Below the pieces are notes generated by a model that ran no database searches, was not told the DNA's origin, and worked only from the letters and a program-made list of their open reading frames with translations. Made by a program: the position numbers and the translations under genes. A stretch of DNA of 63,464 bases, counting the filler, from Reclinomonas americana ATCC 50394 (taxonomy: Eukaryota), in NCBI GenBank assembly GCA_048213135.1. It is 10 parts of 7 records of this genome, joined end to end, with 100 filler letters (N's around TTAATTAATTAA, not from the genome) between each part and the next. Parts side by side here need not be neighbours in the genome. Positions count along the whole stretch, not along the records: positions 13,345 to 31,017 come from PS015906.1; 9 more parts are not named here. One strand, 5' to 3'. This document shows positions 13,581 through 25,100 of the stretch, piece by piece; the first letter of the stretch is position 1; each line of letters opens with the position of its first letter.

Positions 13581-16368
13581 GTCCTCCGCGGCTCTGTCAT
13601 CTTCATCGACAAGAGCCTCGGCGACGCCACCAGCGACATGCGCGACCGCATCGTGGAGTTGGGCGGCAAGTGCTCCGCGCGCCTGGCCTCGCATGTGACA
13701 CACGTGGTGTGCGCCGTGGGCGAGCCGAGCGCGCTGTCGACCGAGGCGCGCTTCAAAGCCGAGACGGCGGGTACGCATTTTGTGGCCGCCGACTGGATCA
13801 AGGCGTGCTCCAGGGCCGGCAGTCGTGTACCGACCGACAAGTACAAGGTGCCGGAGGCGGAGAAGGCCAAGAAGTCGCCGGCGGGCAACAAGGGCAAGCG
13901 CACTCGTGACGAGAAGGAGGAGGAGGAGGAGGACGAGGAAGTAGATGCTGCTGCTGAGAGTAGCGAGGACGGTGCGTGCCATCATCCTCGTGATCGCCCT
14001 GGTAGTTCACGCCGCTTAATTTCTTTATCATGCAGAGCCACCGAAGAAGCGCGCCAAGGCCACACCCAAGAGCACCAAGACCGCGACCAAGGTCACCTCG
14101 GCGACGAAGAAGGCCAAGAGCAAGGCCAAAGAAGAGGAGGAGGAGGAGGCAGTTGTGGAGAAGGAGAAGCCGAAGAAGAAGAAGACAACTCCGGCGGAGA
14201 AGAAGACTCCGAAGCCCAAGCCGCAAAAGAAGAAGACCAAGAAGACCAAGAAGGAAGAGTCCGAGGACGAGGAAGAAGACGAGGAGGAGGAGGAGGAGCA
14301 GGAGGACGAAGAAGAGGAGGAGCAGGAGGAGGAGGATGCAGAAGCGGAGGCCATGGACGAGGATGCGCCTGCTGCCGCCAACAAGACAAGCAAGCAGCCA
14401 CGTCGTCGCTCGAGCACGGGCGAAGTTGCGTTTTTCAGCCTTTGATTTTTCATTCACGACCTTGTCCTCATTGGGTGGTGCAGAGCGCGGTGGTGAGCGT
14501 GTCGGGTGTGTCGACGGAGGATCGCGATTTCATCTCCACTGTCCTCCGCTCCGTGGACGGCTTGCGTCCGGCCTCGCTCGGCTCCCGCTTCACGCACCTG
14601 GTGATTCCGGCCGATTACGAGGGCCGCACCGTCAAGTCGCTGCTGGCAATCATCCAGGGCGCCGCAGTGGTCACTCCGGACTGGATCAACGCGTGCGTGG
14701 AGGCGCAGGCGCCAGCGCCTGTGAAAGGCTTCGAGGTGGAGGCCTTGTCCGCCATGGTACAGCGCAAGATCGCGGCCGACGAGGAGGACGCACCGCCACC
14801 GCTGGCCGACAAGCGCGTGTGCTTTGTCGGTACCGGTGACGCGGATGTCGCCGTGCAGTGCGAGATGTGGAATGGAGGGTCGACGCCGCTGCAGACGATT
14901 GTCGAGGAGTGTGGAGGGCAGGTGAGGCGAATGGGGAAACGGAGAGGGAGAAGGGGGGAAGGGAAAAAAGGAAAGAGAAAGGACCACGAGGAGCTGTGTT
15001 CTACTTCCTTGTGCTGTTTTGTTTCCTCGGTGTTACTTCAGGGGAAGGCTCGTGCTCCTTGTGTGTTTGGTGTTTCAGTTGCTTTTCGGGAGTGTTTGTC
15101 TGAGAGAGATAGCAGTCAGTGAGGGAGACAGACAGACAGAAAGAAAACGAAAGCAAGAGAGATAACAAGGCAGAGAGAGAGAGACTTTCCTTGGCCCATG
15201 AGGGTTGCAGTACCTGTCACAGTACTTTCTCCTCTCTCTTTCTTGTGTCTCGACGTTACCCCTCTCATCCGTCCCGGCAATCGTTTGTGGTTTCATGGCC
15301 TCCTCTCGTCGCTGCACCTTCCCCCTCTACTGCTCTATTTATTACTCCCTTTGCCGCTTCTTTCCCTTGATCCCATTCCTCAACTTTCCCCCTCCCACCC
15401 CTCCTCAGCTCGTCAACTCCCTGCGCACCATGGACGTGTGCCTGGTGGGCCCGGCCGGCATCAGTTCTCGCGTGTTGCAAGACTTGCGAGAGCGCGGCAA
15501 GTCGGTGGTGCCACTGGTGTGGTTCTTCGACGTGGTGTGCGAGTGGGCGTGGATTGATCCGGCCTCGCGTCACGGCAAGTACGACGTGGTGACAACTGCC
15601 GAGGAGGTGGAGCAGGAGAAGAAGACGGCGGCCAAGAAGGTGGCGGCGTCGACGACTCCCAAGAGTGCCAAGAAGGGCAAGAAGGCTGCCGGCAAGAAGA
15701 GCGAAGAGGAGGAAGAGGAGGAGGAGGAGAAGGAAGACGAAGAGGAGGAGGATGTCGAAATGGACGAGGTCAAGAAGGACAAGAAGAAGGCAGCCGCCAC
15801 TCCCAAGAGTGCCAAGAAGGGCAAGAAGGCTGCTGATGAAAAGGACGAGGATGAGGCCAAGAAGGATAAGAAGGCAGCCGCCACTCCCAAGAAGGGCAAG
15901 AAGGCTGCCGATGAGAAGGACGAGGATGACAAGAAGAAGGCGGCGGCCACTCCCAAGAGCGCCAAGAAGGGCAAGAAGTCTGCCGACAAGAAGAAGGACG
16001 ACGACGAGGAGGAGAAGGATGTGGAGATGGAGGACGTGGCCGAGGAGAGTGCGAAGAAGGGCCACAAGAAGGCGCCAGTCGCGAAGAAGTCCGAAGACGC
16101 GGACGACGAGAAGAAGAAGGATGAGGAGGAGGAGGAGGTGGAGAAGACTCCCAAGAAGAACGTCAAGAAGTCCAAGGACGAGGCTGTGGAGACGAGCAGC
16201 AAGAAGGCGCCGGTGGACGACGACGAGGAAATGGCGGCAGAGGATGACGCCGACAACCGTGAGGCAAGAAAGGCCGACCAATCGACCACGACAAAGGCGA
16301 AGGCACAGAAGAAGAAGACAGCAGCGGACGACGCAGGAGCGGCCGGTGAAGTCTCGGCCACTGCGTAA
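13581..16368 (+). CDS. Microcephalin-like protein: N-terminal BRCT, K/E-rich linker, tandem BRCT pair, histone-H1-like TPK-repeat tail; 5' exon(s) missing
   Basis: IVELGGKCSARLASHVTHVV..VAADWIKAC; FTHLVI..RTVKSLLAIIQGAAVVTPDWINAC; LQTIVEECGGQ..VVPLVWFFD; repeated AATPKSAKKGKKAA. Confidence 0.8.
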
Positions 16369-16598
16369 GGAAATTCGCGCGTCAATCAATGTGTGTATGT
16401 AGTATCCAGAATCGATATAGTCTGCGCGCCCGCTCGTGGAATGCGCAACAGCGAATGAATTTTTTTCTGCGTAGCAACATCCAGTCTCTGTCTGTACTGG
16501 GAGCGTGGAAGAAAATATACAACACGTAACACCCGGAAAGGAATAAGGAAAACACACGAATAACGGAGGAGGGAAGCATAAATAGAGAAACCGACCCA

Positions 16599-18681
16599 CT
16601 ATACTGGCGATGGTCGTGAGCGGCTGCGCAAAAAGAGCAGCGTGAGTTCTGGCATGAGAACAATGGTCGACATAGAAGAGCAGCCACACTCACCCGTCAG
16701 CCGACCCGCTTCGTCGCAGTGGTGGTCCAGTGGTGCTGCCGCCGACACCACTTCGACTGCGCATGACGGAGCGACCGAACGGAGCGCGACCAGAGCTCGA
16801 GGTGACCGACGCACCAGTGTCATCGCCAGCCTCGGGATCCGCCTCCGAGTCCTGCGAGGCACTGCCGGGGCGTCTTGATCTCGCCGCCTGTGCGCGGCGC
16901 GCCACCGACTGCGCCGCACCCGTCTGCATAGCCGTGCGGGCGAATCGCTGCGCAGTCGACCGACGCGCTCCAGGCCGTTGCTGCTGCTGTCCCTCCTCCT
17001 CATCCGAGTACTCATCCGCGTACCCGCTCACTCCCTGTCCCGCACCATCGGCGCTGTCGTTGAGGTTCTCGTCGGGGAGAAGCGCGTCGGGGAGGCCGAC
17101 TGAGGCAAGTGATTCCTGTGACAACACAAGGTAAATGAGGCAGCTGAGAGCAAAAAAAGGGAGAGCGGGTATGAACAAACGCACCGCCAACGACGCCTCC
17201 ATGTCCAGCGTGTCCACAATCTCATACATGTGGGTCAGCTCCTCCAGCATGTGCGCGTGGCACATCATCTCAGAGTGGAAGAACTCCTTCAGCGAGCGCT
17301 GCAGCAGCTGCAGGCGCTCGGTCTCGAATTGCACCACGGTCTTCTTCAGGTCGCGCTCCGCCACCAGGAACTCGTGCTGGGCGCCCGACAGCTTCTGTCG
17401 CGCCTGCACCATGAGATAGTTGTCTTGCGCGATTCCGCGGTCTTGCAGGACTTTCATCTTGCGTTGGCGGCGCTGCGGGAAAGAGGGGAGAGGGTGAATA
17501 CGTGAGGGAAATGAGGACAAGGGAAAGGGAGAGAAGAAAGAGTGAATAATGTGTGGCGAGAAATTAGCAATGCACGTGGAGTGTGAAGAAGGCAAGAGAA
17601 AGGGGGCATGTGGAAACTGATAGGGAATGAGCGAAGCACACGATAAATGGAGACGTGAGGCAGTCGGATGAGCGGAGCGAGTGACATGTCAATGAAGCCC
17701 AGAGACTGGGACAGTAAGAGCGGTCATCGCATCGACATATTGTAGGGAGTGATCGGTGCATCAGGAAGAGAGGTAATTCTTGGGACCATGAAGGCCGCGA
17801 AGAGGCAATGAAACTCAACGCATGAAGGCAAAGGAGAGGGCACACCGAGCAACAGAAGCAGCCATGAGACGACAGCACAACACATGATTGCAAAGGAAAG
17901 GGCACACCGAAAACAAGAAAGGAGAGTAGAGAACAGGCAATGCTCAACGCATGAATGCAAAAGTGGCACACCGATTGCAAGAAAGGAGAGTAGATAATGA
18001 ATGGCAATGCTCAACGCACGTATGCAAACGAGAGCGCAAATTGGGAACAAGAAAGGAGAGAAGGCAACGGAGGGCAATGCTCAACGCATGAATGCAAAGG
18101 AGGGCGCACACCGGGAACAATGAGCGGCCAATAGGCAGTGCTTAAACCCAAGGCTACAAAGGCGAGAGAAAGAGAATCCGCGTTCCGAGTCTGCCACACT
18201 CACCAAATTACGCGTGTTCTTGGCCTTGTAGATGTCCAGCGTGCGACGCAGACCCTCTCCCTTGGCCTCGAGCTTCTTCAACCAATTGACGACATAGTGC
18301 AGCTGGCGATCAAACTGCGTGTGGACCAGTGTGCTTCAGGAAACAACCACATCCCAACAACAGGGGGAAAAAACAGCAAGCAACCTTGGTGTCAAACGAC
18401 TTTTGCGCCTCCGACATGACACGCAGGAACTCGTCCATGCAGTGATTCAGTGTGCGACCCTCGCTGGCCTTGAACATGTTCAGTTCCTGGTGCAGCTCAG
18501 ACCACAGGACCTTGACCGCTGCAAGAAGAGAAAGAAGGAGAGGTGAGAGAGGCGAAGGCACAGGCATATAGAAAGACGCTCTCTCTCTCTCTGGCAAGGG
18601 AGACACGTAACAATTGTTCTTCATGCGGAACAGCTCAAAGCGCTCGACCAGGCGCTGGAACTTGGTTCGCTGGTTGCGCAC
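16599..18681 (-). CDS. FAM92/CIBAR-like BAR-domain protein, 5' part lost in gap
   Basis: Spliced helical protein with LKKTVVQFETERLQLLQRSLKEFFHSEMMCHAHMLEELTHMYEIVDTLDMEASL, resembling the FAM92 BAR C-terminal helix; low-complexity tail. Confidence 0.65.
17800..18140. repeat. Intronic minisatellite, roughly 60-70 bp units
   Basis: Recurring ggcaatgctcaacgcatgaatgcaaa..gcacaccg..aagaaaggagag, about 5 copies. Confidence 0.8.
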
Positions 18682-18783
18682 CTGGAGGAGAGATGCACAT
18701 GAGAAGGTGAGCAAAAAGGGAACCAAAGAGAGAGAGAGAGAGAGAAGAGAGAAGAGTCGTGCTCTGTTCGCTGCAACTCTTTC

Positions 18784-18846
<63 letters not shown>

Positions 18847-19214
18847 TTCTCTCTCTTCTTCTTGTCGTTCTTCTTNNNNNNNNNNNNNNNNNNNNNNNNN
18901 NNNNNNNNNNNNNNNNNNNNNNNNNNNNNNNNNNNNNNNNNNNNNNNNNNNNNNNNNNNNNNNNNNNNNNNNNNNNNNNNNNNNNNNNNNNNNNNNNNNN
19001 NNNNNNNNNNNNNNNNNNNNNNNNNNNNNNNNNNNNNNNNNNNNNNNNNNNNNNNNNNNNNNNNNNNNNNNNNNNNNNNNNNNNNNNNNNNNNNNNNNNN
19101 NNNNNNNNNNNNNNNNNNNNNNNNNNNNNNNNNNNNNNNNNNNNNNNNNNNNNNNNNNNNNNNNNNNNNNNNNNNNNNNNNNNNNNNNNNNNNNNNNNNN
19201 NNNNNNNNNNNNNN

Positions 19215-19290
19215 GACCCTTGACCCTTGACCCTTGACCTTAACCCTGACCCTTGACCCTTGACCCTTGACCCTTGACCTACCCTTGACC
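19215..19290 (+). repeat. Telomere-like heptamer array (CCCTTGA)n = (TCAAGGG)n
   Basis: 8 perfect CCCTTGA units plus variants (ccttaa, ccctga) starting right at a contig edge, C-rich strand on +. Confidence 0.7.
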
Positions 19291-19419
19291 AGTATACTAA
19301 ACAGTAACTATCACTGTTATTCCGCTGCTGGGCACATGCTCACTGCTGCCGATGACCCCATTCTGCGACCGGCATTGGCTGGTTTCGCCGCATCTAGTCG
19401 CGATCTCGCACCGCACGAG

Positions 19420-21434
19420 ATGGCCGGCCGTATGTATTTGCCGCCGTATCAATACGATTGGCGATTGGCGTCAGTTCGGGTACCTTTCGCAACCTGGGAC
19501 CATTATCCGGACACGCTGTACCATCGATGTTTTGCAGCAGTGTGTTTGGTCTGCACTCGGGGAGACCAGGTGTGTTTAGGTCTCTTGGAGACGTCTGGAT
19601 ATTTCTCTTTTCTCCTCCATGTGACTCAGGTTGCTACATTTGCAGTCCACCAGCTCGCGCTTCGTGGAGTTTGCATACTTTTTCCACCTCCTCCTGCTGG
19701 TACATCACCGTCCATCGAGTGACCGTGTATGCAAAGTAGTGTCTCTTGAGCGACTGTTGTGCGGCTTCACTTCGCCGTTCGAGACTCGAGTCGTCGGAGG
19801 CTTGGTGTGCCAAACAGTGCGACCTCTGGGAACTGGAGATCACGATACCTGAGTTGCCGCCGACTGTTGTGGAGCAGATTGGCGCACTGAGCAACGGTAC
19901 TTCTCTGCCGACTCAGCTCTACAAGGTGGAATGGATACCACGCACTCCTCGCGCGCTTGAAATGAAACTGCTTATCGTCAGGCAGGTTAACAAGCTTCCG
20001 CAGATGCTGGAAGACGAGGGAGGCGTGCATGAGATTGTGAAACACTGCAAGTCATCTGCGGTGATGTTGCCGGTGTTGATGTGTGCCTTCGCAGCGCTGC
20101 GTCTGATTCCATTTCTTGCTCGTGCTGCACAGCCGATCAACGTGTGGATGTGCAAGGACGGCCAGCGAGGTGTTGATATCGTGGTGTGCGTCCCGCTGAG
20201 CCGACCAGCCAAGTGTAACATTCGNNNNNNNNNNNNNNNNNNNNNNNNNNNNNNNNNNNNNNNNNNNNNNNNNNNNNNNNNNNNNNNNNNNNNNNNNNNN
20301 NNNNNNNNNNNNNNNNNNNNNNNNNNNNNNNNNNNNNNNNNNNNNNNNNNNNNNNNNNNNNNNNNNNNNNNNNNNNNNNNNNNNNNNNNNNNNNNNNNNN
20401 NNNNNNNNNNNNNNNNNNNNNNNNNNNNNNNNNNNNNNNNNNNNNNNNNNNNNNNNNNNNNNNNNNNNNNNNNNNNNNNNNNNNNNNNNNNNNNNNNNNN
20501 NNNNNNNNNNNNNNNNNNNNNNNNNNNNNNNNNNNNNNNNNNNNNNNNNNNNNNNNNNNNNNNNNNNNNNNNNNNNNNNNNNNNNNNNNNNNNNNNNNNN
20601 NNNNNNNNNNNNNNNNNNNNNNNNNNNGCGTAACACAAGTACGAAGGGAAGAAGTACGAGTATGTTGTTCTCCTTGACCAACGCAAGAGTCACACGTCGA
20701 CTGATGCTGAAGAGAAGCTGAAGGTATAGCAGAGATACTTCTTCTGCAGTCACGGAAGTGCCAACCAGGTGGCTTGCTCTCGTAAGAGAGGAAGCCTACA
20801 GAAGCAAGGAACTGAAGGAGAGGACACTACAGTTATGGATTGTCCTCGACTTCGTGTTCCGCAGCTCAAATACGGAACTCTCTCCAAACGTAGTCAGGAG
20901 AGGTTACTTTGCTGCTGACTGTTGGTGATTGCAGCTGATTGCAAATCTGTTCCGTGCGCGGAAAGTGTTGCCGTTGTACTTTACCATCACCTTGCACCCT
21001 GTGGGCGACGTGAAGGAGACATCGAAACTCCCTGCCTGGATTGTGGATGGTGACAACTTTGGATCTTACCATGGTCCGATGTTTGAACTCTTTGCCAAGT
21101 CATTATGTTGCGCTTGCTCTTGTTTACCTCGCTTTGATTGAATTACTAATCCCTCTGCGTGCTGTCAACAGTGACTGTGAATGTCAATTGTGCCACCGAA
21201 GAGATGTTGGAAACGGCGTTGTGCCGTTTCCTTGTTGGGCGCCAGCAGCAGCCTCTCCAGTTGAAGGAGATGGCCGGGGATGTATGTGCGGTGGAAGAGC
21301 AGTCGGTGATTGGAGTGCGCTCGGTGGAGGAGTTGTTTGGCAAGCTGGCGGAGCGAGGCCATGCCGATCTCCTCGCCGATGAAGAGTTGAAGACGCATCT
21401 TGAGTGTGTGTGGCGTACTGGATTGCAGCATTAG
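19420..21434 (+). CDS. Putative Crinkler/RHS-like restriction-endonuclease-fold protein with C-terminal HhH-like motif (gap in the middle)
   Basis: Spliced exons give GQRGVDIVV...YEYVVLLDQRK (D..QxK REase-like), WIVDGDNFGSYHGPMF, then VNVNCATEEMLETAL (ComEA-type HhH start). Confidence 0.5.
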
Positions 21435-21624
21435 TCCTGTGTGGACACCGCAGCAGGTGTCACATTGATGTGAATGAATCGTAACAGATGGGCGCTGTGG
21501 GAAAGAGTTGTCTTCAAGATCAATAGTGATAACTGAGGCAAACTTCGCACATTTATGTCTCTCCCTCCATTCGCTCGTCTCATCATAATGTAACCGACCT
21601 GCTCTCACTCTCCACCAGGAACCA

Positions 21625-21820
21625 TTGATCAGTGTGTGTATGTGATCAGTGTCTCTCCTCCACCCTCAACACTTGATCGATATCCGAGTGTGTGCGCAAT
21701 CAGTGTCTCTCTCCACCCTCAACTCTTCATCGGCGTGAGATCAGTGTCTCTCCACCCTCAGCCCTTGATCGGTGTGTGTATGTATGTGATCAGTGTCTCT
21801 CCTCCCCTACCCTTGATCAA
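21625..21820. repeat. Short degenerate tandem repeat between the convergent genes
   Basis: ttgatc.gtgtgtgtatgtgatcagtgtctctc.tccaccctca, about 4 copies. Confidence 0.7.
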
Positions 21821-22157
21821 TGTAAACATTTCATTGTCTCTCATTCACTCCCATCTCATGTTCCACTTGGGCACACATTTAACATGTATATGCGTGCGTT
21901 TGATGGCAACCGCGCCTTTTTCACCCAATACTCCAATAATCTCCACATCTGCAGCATTTCGCAAAGCGCGATTAGTATGACCGATTTGTCAGTATCATCA
22001 TGTGCCCTTCCTCGGCCTCGTATATTTACTCTTATTCGCCCTATATCTGTTCTCTCGACCTATTTAGATTATTCATGTAGTAAGGCAGTGTACCATCACA
22101 ATACTATCCACGTTTGTTTGAGCAAACTTTGCATTACTGTTGCATCTCCCTATTTAC

Positions 22158-25100
22158 TCAATACAAGGCGCCTGTAAAATCAGGCACAAAAGACCCCCAG
22201 ATTCGCTGCAGTAAGACTCCGTGCCAGTTTGATTCGTGACTGGTGTGGTCATCAACTTTGGGTACGGAACCCGCCCAATTTCCACTCGACAGTGACCACA
22301 AACGAATCGTTCTGTCATCACCTCCGCTGACAATGTGGTGTCGATGAGGAATGGCAGCGACAGCCAGCACACATCCAGTGTGTCCCTCAAGCTTAAGAAC
22401 CTCTGCTCCATTCACCAATGACCACAAGCGCACCGTCTTGTCATTGCTCCCAGTTACAAGATGATCACCATCAGAAGTGACGGCAACAGAGTTGATACCA
22501 TCTGTGTGTCCCTCAAACAGTCGAACCTCCTCTCCATTTGCCAGTGACCACAAACGCACCGTCCTGTCTTCACTCGCACTCACTACGTGCTGACTATCGG
22601 GAGTAATGGCGACAGACCACACCCAACTCTTATGTCCTTTTAACCGTCGCAGCTCCGTACCAGTCACTGTTGACCAAATTCGAACTGTCGTGTCATCACC
22701 ACCGCTCACAGTATATAACCCATCTGATGTAACAACAACAGATCGCACCCAACTACTGTGCCCCTCCAAACAACGCACCTCCTCTCCACTTGCCAGTGAC
22801 CATACACGCACCGTCCTATCTGGACTTCCAGTGACTGCGTGCTCACCACCGGGAGTGACGGCGACAGAAAGCACAAGTCCTCTATGCCCCTCAAATTGGC
22901 GCACTTCTTCTCCGCTCACCAGTGACCACACGCGCGCTGTGGTATCATCGCTTGCGCTCAGAGCATGCAGACCATCTGAAGTAACAGCGACAGACAGGAC
23001 GCCTCCAACATGACCTTCAAATCGTCGCACTTCTTCTCCACTTGCCAGTGACCACACGCGCACCGTTCTATCCCAGCTCCCACTCACGACGTGCAGACCG
23101 TCAGGTGTGGCAGTGATGGAAGTGACCGCTCCAGTTTGCGCATTCAATAGCCTCATGTCTTCACCATCTGTCAGGGACCACATGCGCACTGTGCTGTCGT
23201 AACTCCCACTCACAACGTACTGACAGTCGGAGGTGATAGTGACAGACAACACCGCACACGTGTGACCTTCCAACCGACGCACCTCCTCACCACTTGCAAG
23301 TGACCACACCCGCACAGTCTCGTCATCACTCCCGCTAACAATATACTGACCATCTGGAGTGACAGCAACAGACCGCACCCACCCACTATGTCCGGCCAAT
23401 GTACGCACTTCTTCTCCACTAGCCAGTGACCAGATTCGCACTGTTTTGTCATGAACCCCACCGACAACATATTGGCCATCGGTGGTGATAACAAGTGAGA
23501 GCACTTCACCAGTGTGTACTCCAAACCGTCGCAATTCTTCACCGCTCTCCAATCCCCACATTTGCACGGTTTGGCCCTCACCACCACTCACAATGTGCTG
23601 ACTATCGGGAGTAACACAAACTGCATAAACTTTTCCATTGTGCCCGTCCAATCGCCGCACTTCTCCATTTTCCAGAGACCAAATTCGCACAGTCTCATCA
23701 TCACTTCCACTGACGATGTACTGACCATTCGGAGAGACGGCAACACACCAAATTACATTCTCGTGTCCGTCAAACCGCCGTAGCTCCTCGCCACTCGCAA
23801 ATGACCACACTCGCACTGTCTTGTCACTACTGCCACTCACAAAATGCCGACCATCCGGCGTAACTGTTACGGATAGCACTTGTCCATGGTGACCTTCGAG
23901 TTGGCGCACCTCTCCACTCGTCAATGCCCACAGTCGCACCGTGCAGTCATGACTGCCACTCACAATTCTCTGCCCATCGAGGGTGACGGCAACGGCCTGC
24001 ACCGCACCGGTGTGTCCTACAAACGGTCTCCGGGGCCACTTCACACCGGTCACATCCGCCCCTCTAAAATCCGCCCCCCTCGCAAATGCCATGCACACAT
24101 TCACTCCTCTCAAATCCGCACCCCTCCACACCGTCCGGTGCATCACTGCATCCCTCAAATCCGCACCTCTCACTCGCACACCCGACAGATCACGGCCACT
24201 GAAGGACACTTGTGCCACGCACAACACTGTCGCTGCATTCGCTGCTGCCGTCACCAATCGCTCCTCATCCTCCTCCCGTGACAACTCAACCACCTCCCAC
24301 AGCCTCGCTTGGAGTGTGGGAGACCGTCGCACCACCTCGGCCGCCTGCTCCACCAACGATGGTCGATCATTCAGCAGCCGCACTGCCAACACATGCTGCT
24401 GCACATCCTCCACAGTCAGCCTCCTCTCTTCATCCCATGTCTCCCACGCAAACACATGCCGTGCCACACAGTGCTCCAGCAACGATAGATGCACAAATCC
24501 CCACTGTGTCGTCCCAAATCGTCGCACAATCGGACAGCACACGCGCACATGCGGGTTCTTGGGGCCGAGGAACTTGTCAAACGGTCCCTCTTCCACTCGT
24601 CGCACGGCGAGTGGTGCACCGCCAAAGTCATCCTCGAGCTCTGCCTCTCCACCTTCACCTTTCCGGCTCTCCGTCACAGACACACGAACCACATTCCTCT
24701 CATGCATCAACCGTGCCAGTCCCTCACAGAACGAGAGACACGTCTTCTCGCTCGGCACACGCTCCGCACCGAGACGCGTCTGCCTCTCCTGCTCCCTTCC
24801 AATCCACTGTCGAATGAATCGGTCAAGCACATCACACCGAGTCGGTCGCTGCACTCCACTTGCCACCAATTGCGGCAACACACGAGTCACCACTGCCAGC
24901 AGGAAGGGATTTGACACCAGTGCATCCAGTCCATGCACACTCTTCAGCGCACGGATGTACTCCTGGCCACTTGACCATCGCACTTCAATGTCCTCACAAT
25001 CGATAACATCACCACCAACTTGCACCAATCGCTCAAAGTACTCCTCAATCTGCTCCCTGTTGAACGGAGCAATGTGCCGCTCCATCAGCTGTTGCATGCA

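Noticed and set aside
15265..16689. Leu-rich and Ser/Phe-rich antisense ORFs
   Set aside because: Reverse complement of K/E/D-rich coding sequence.
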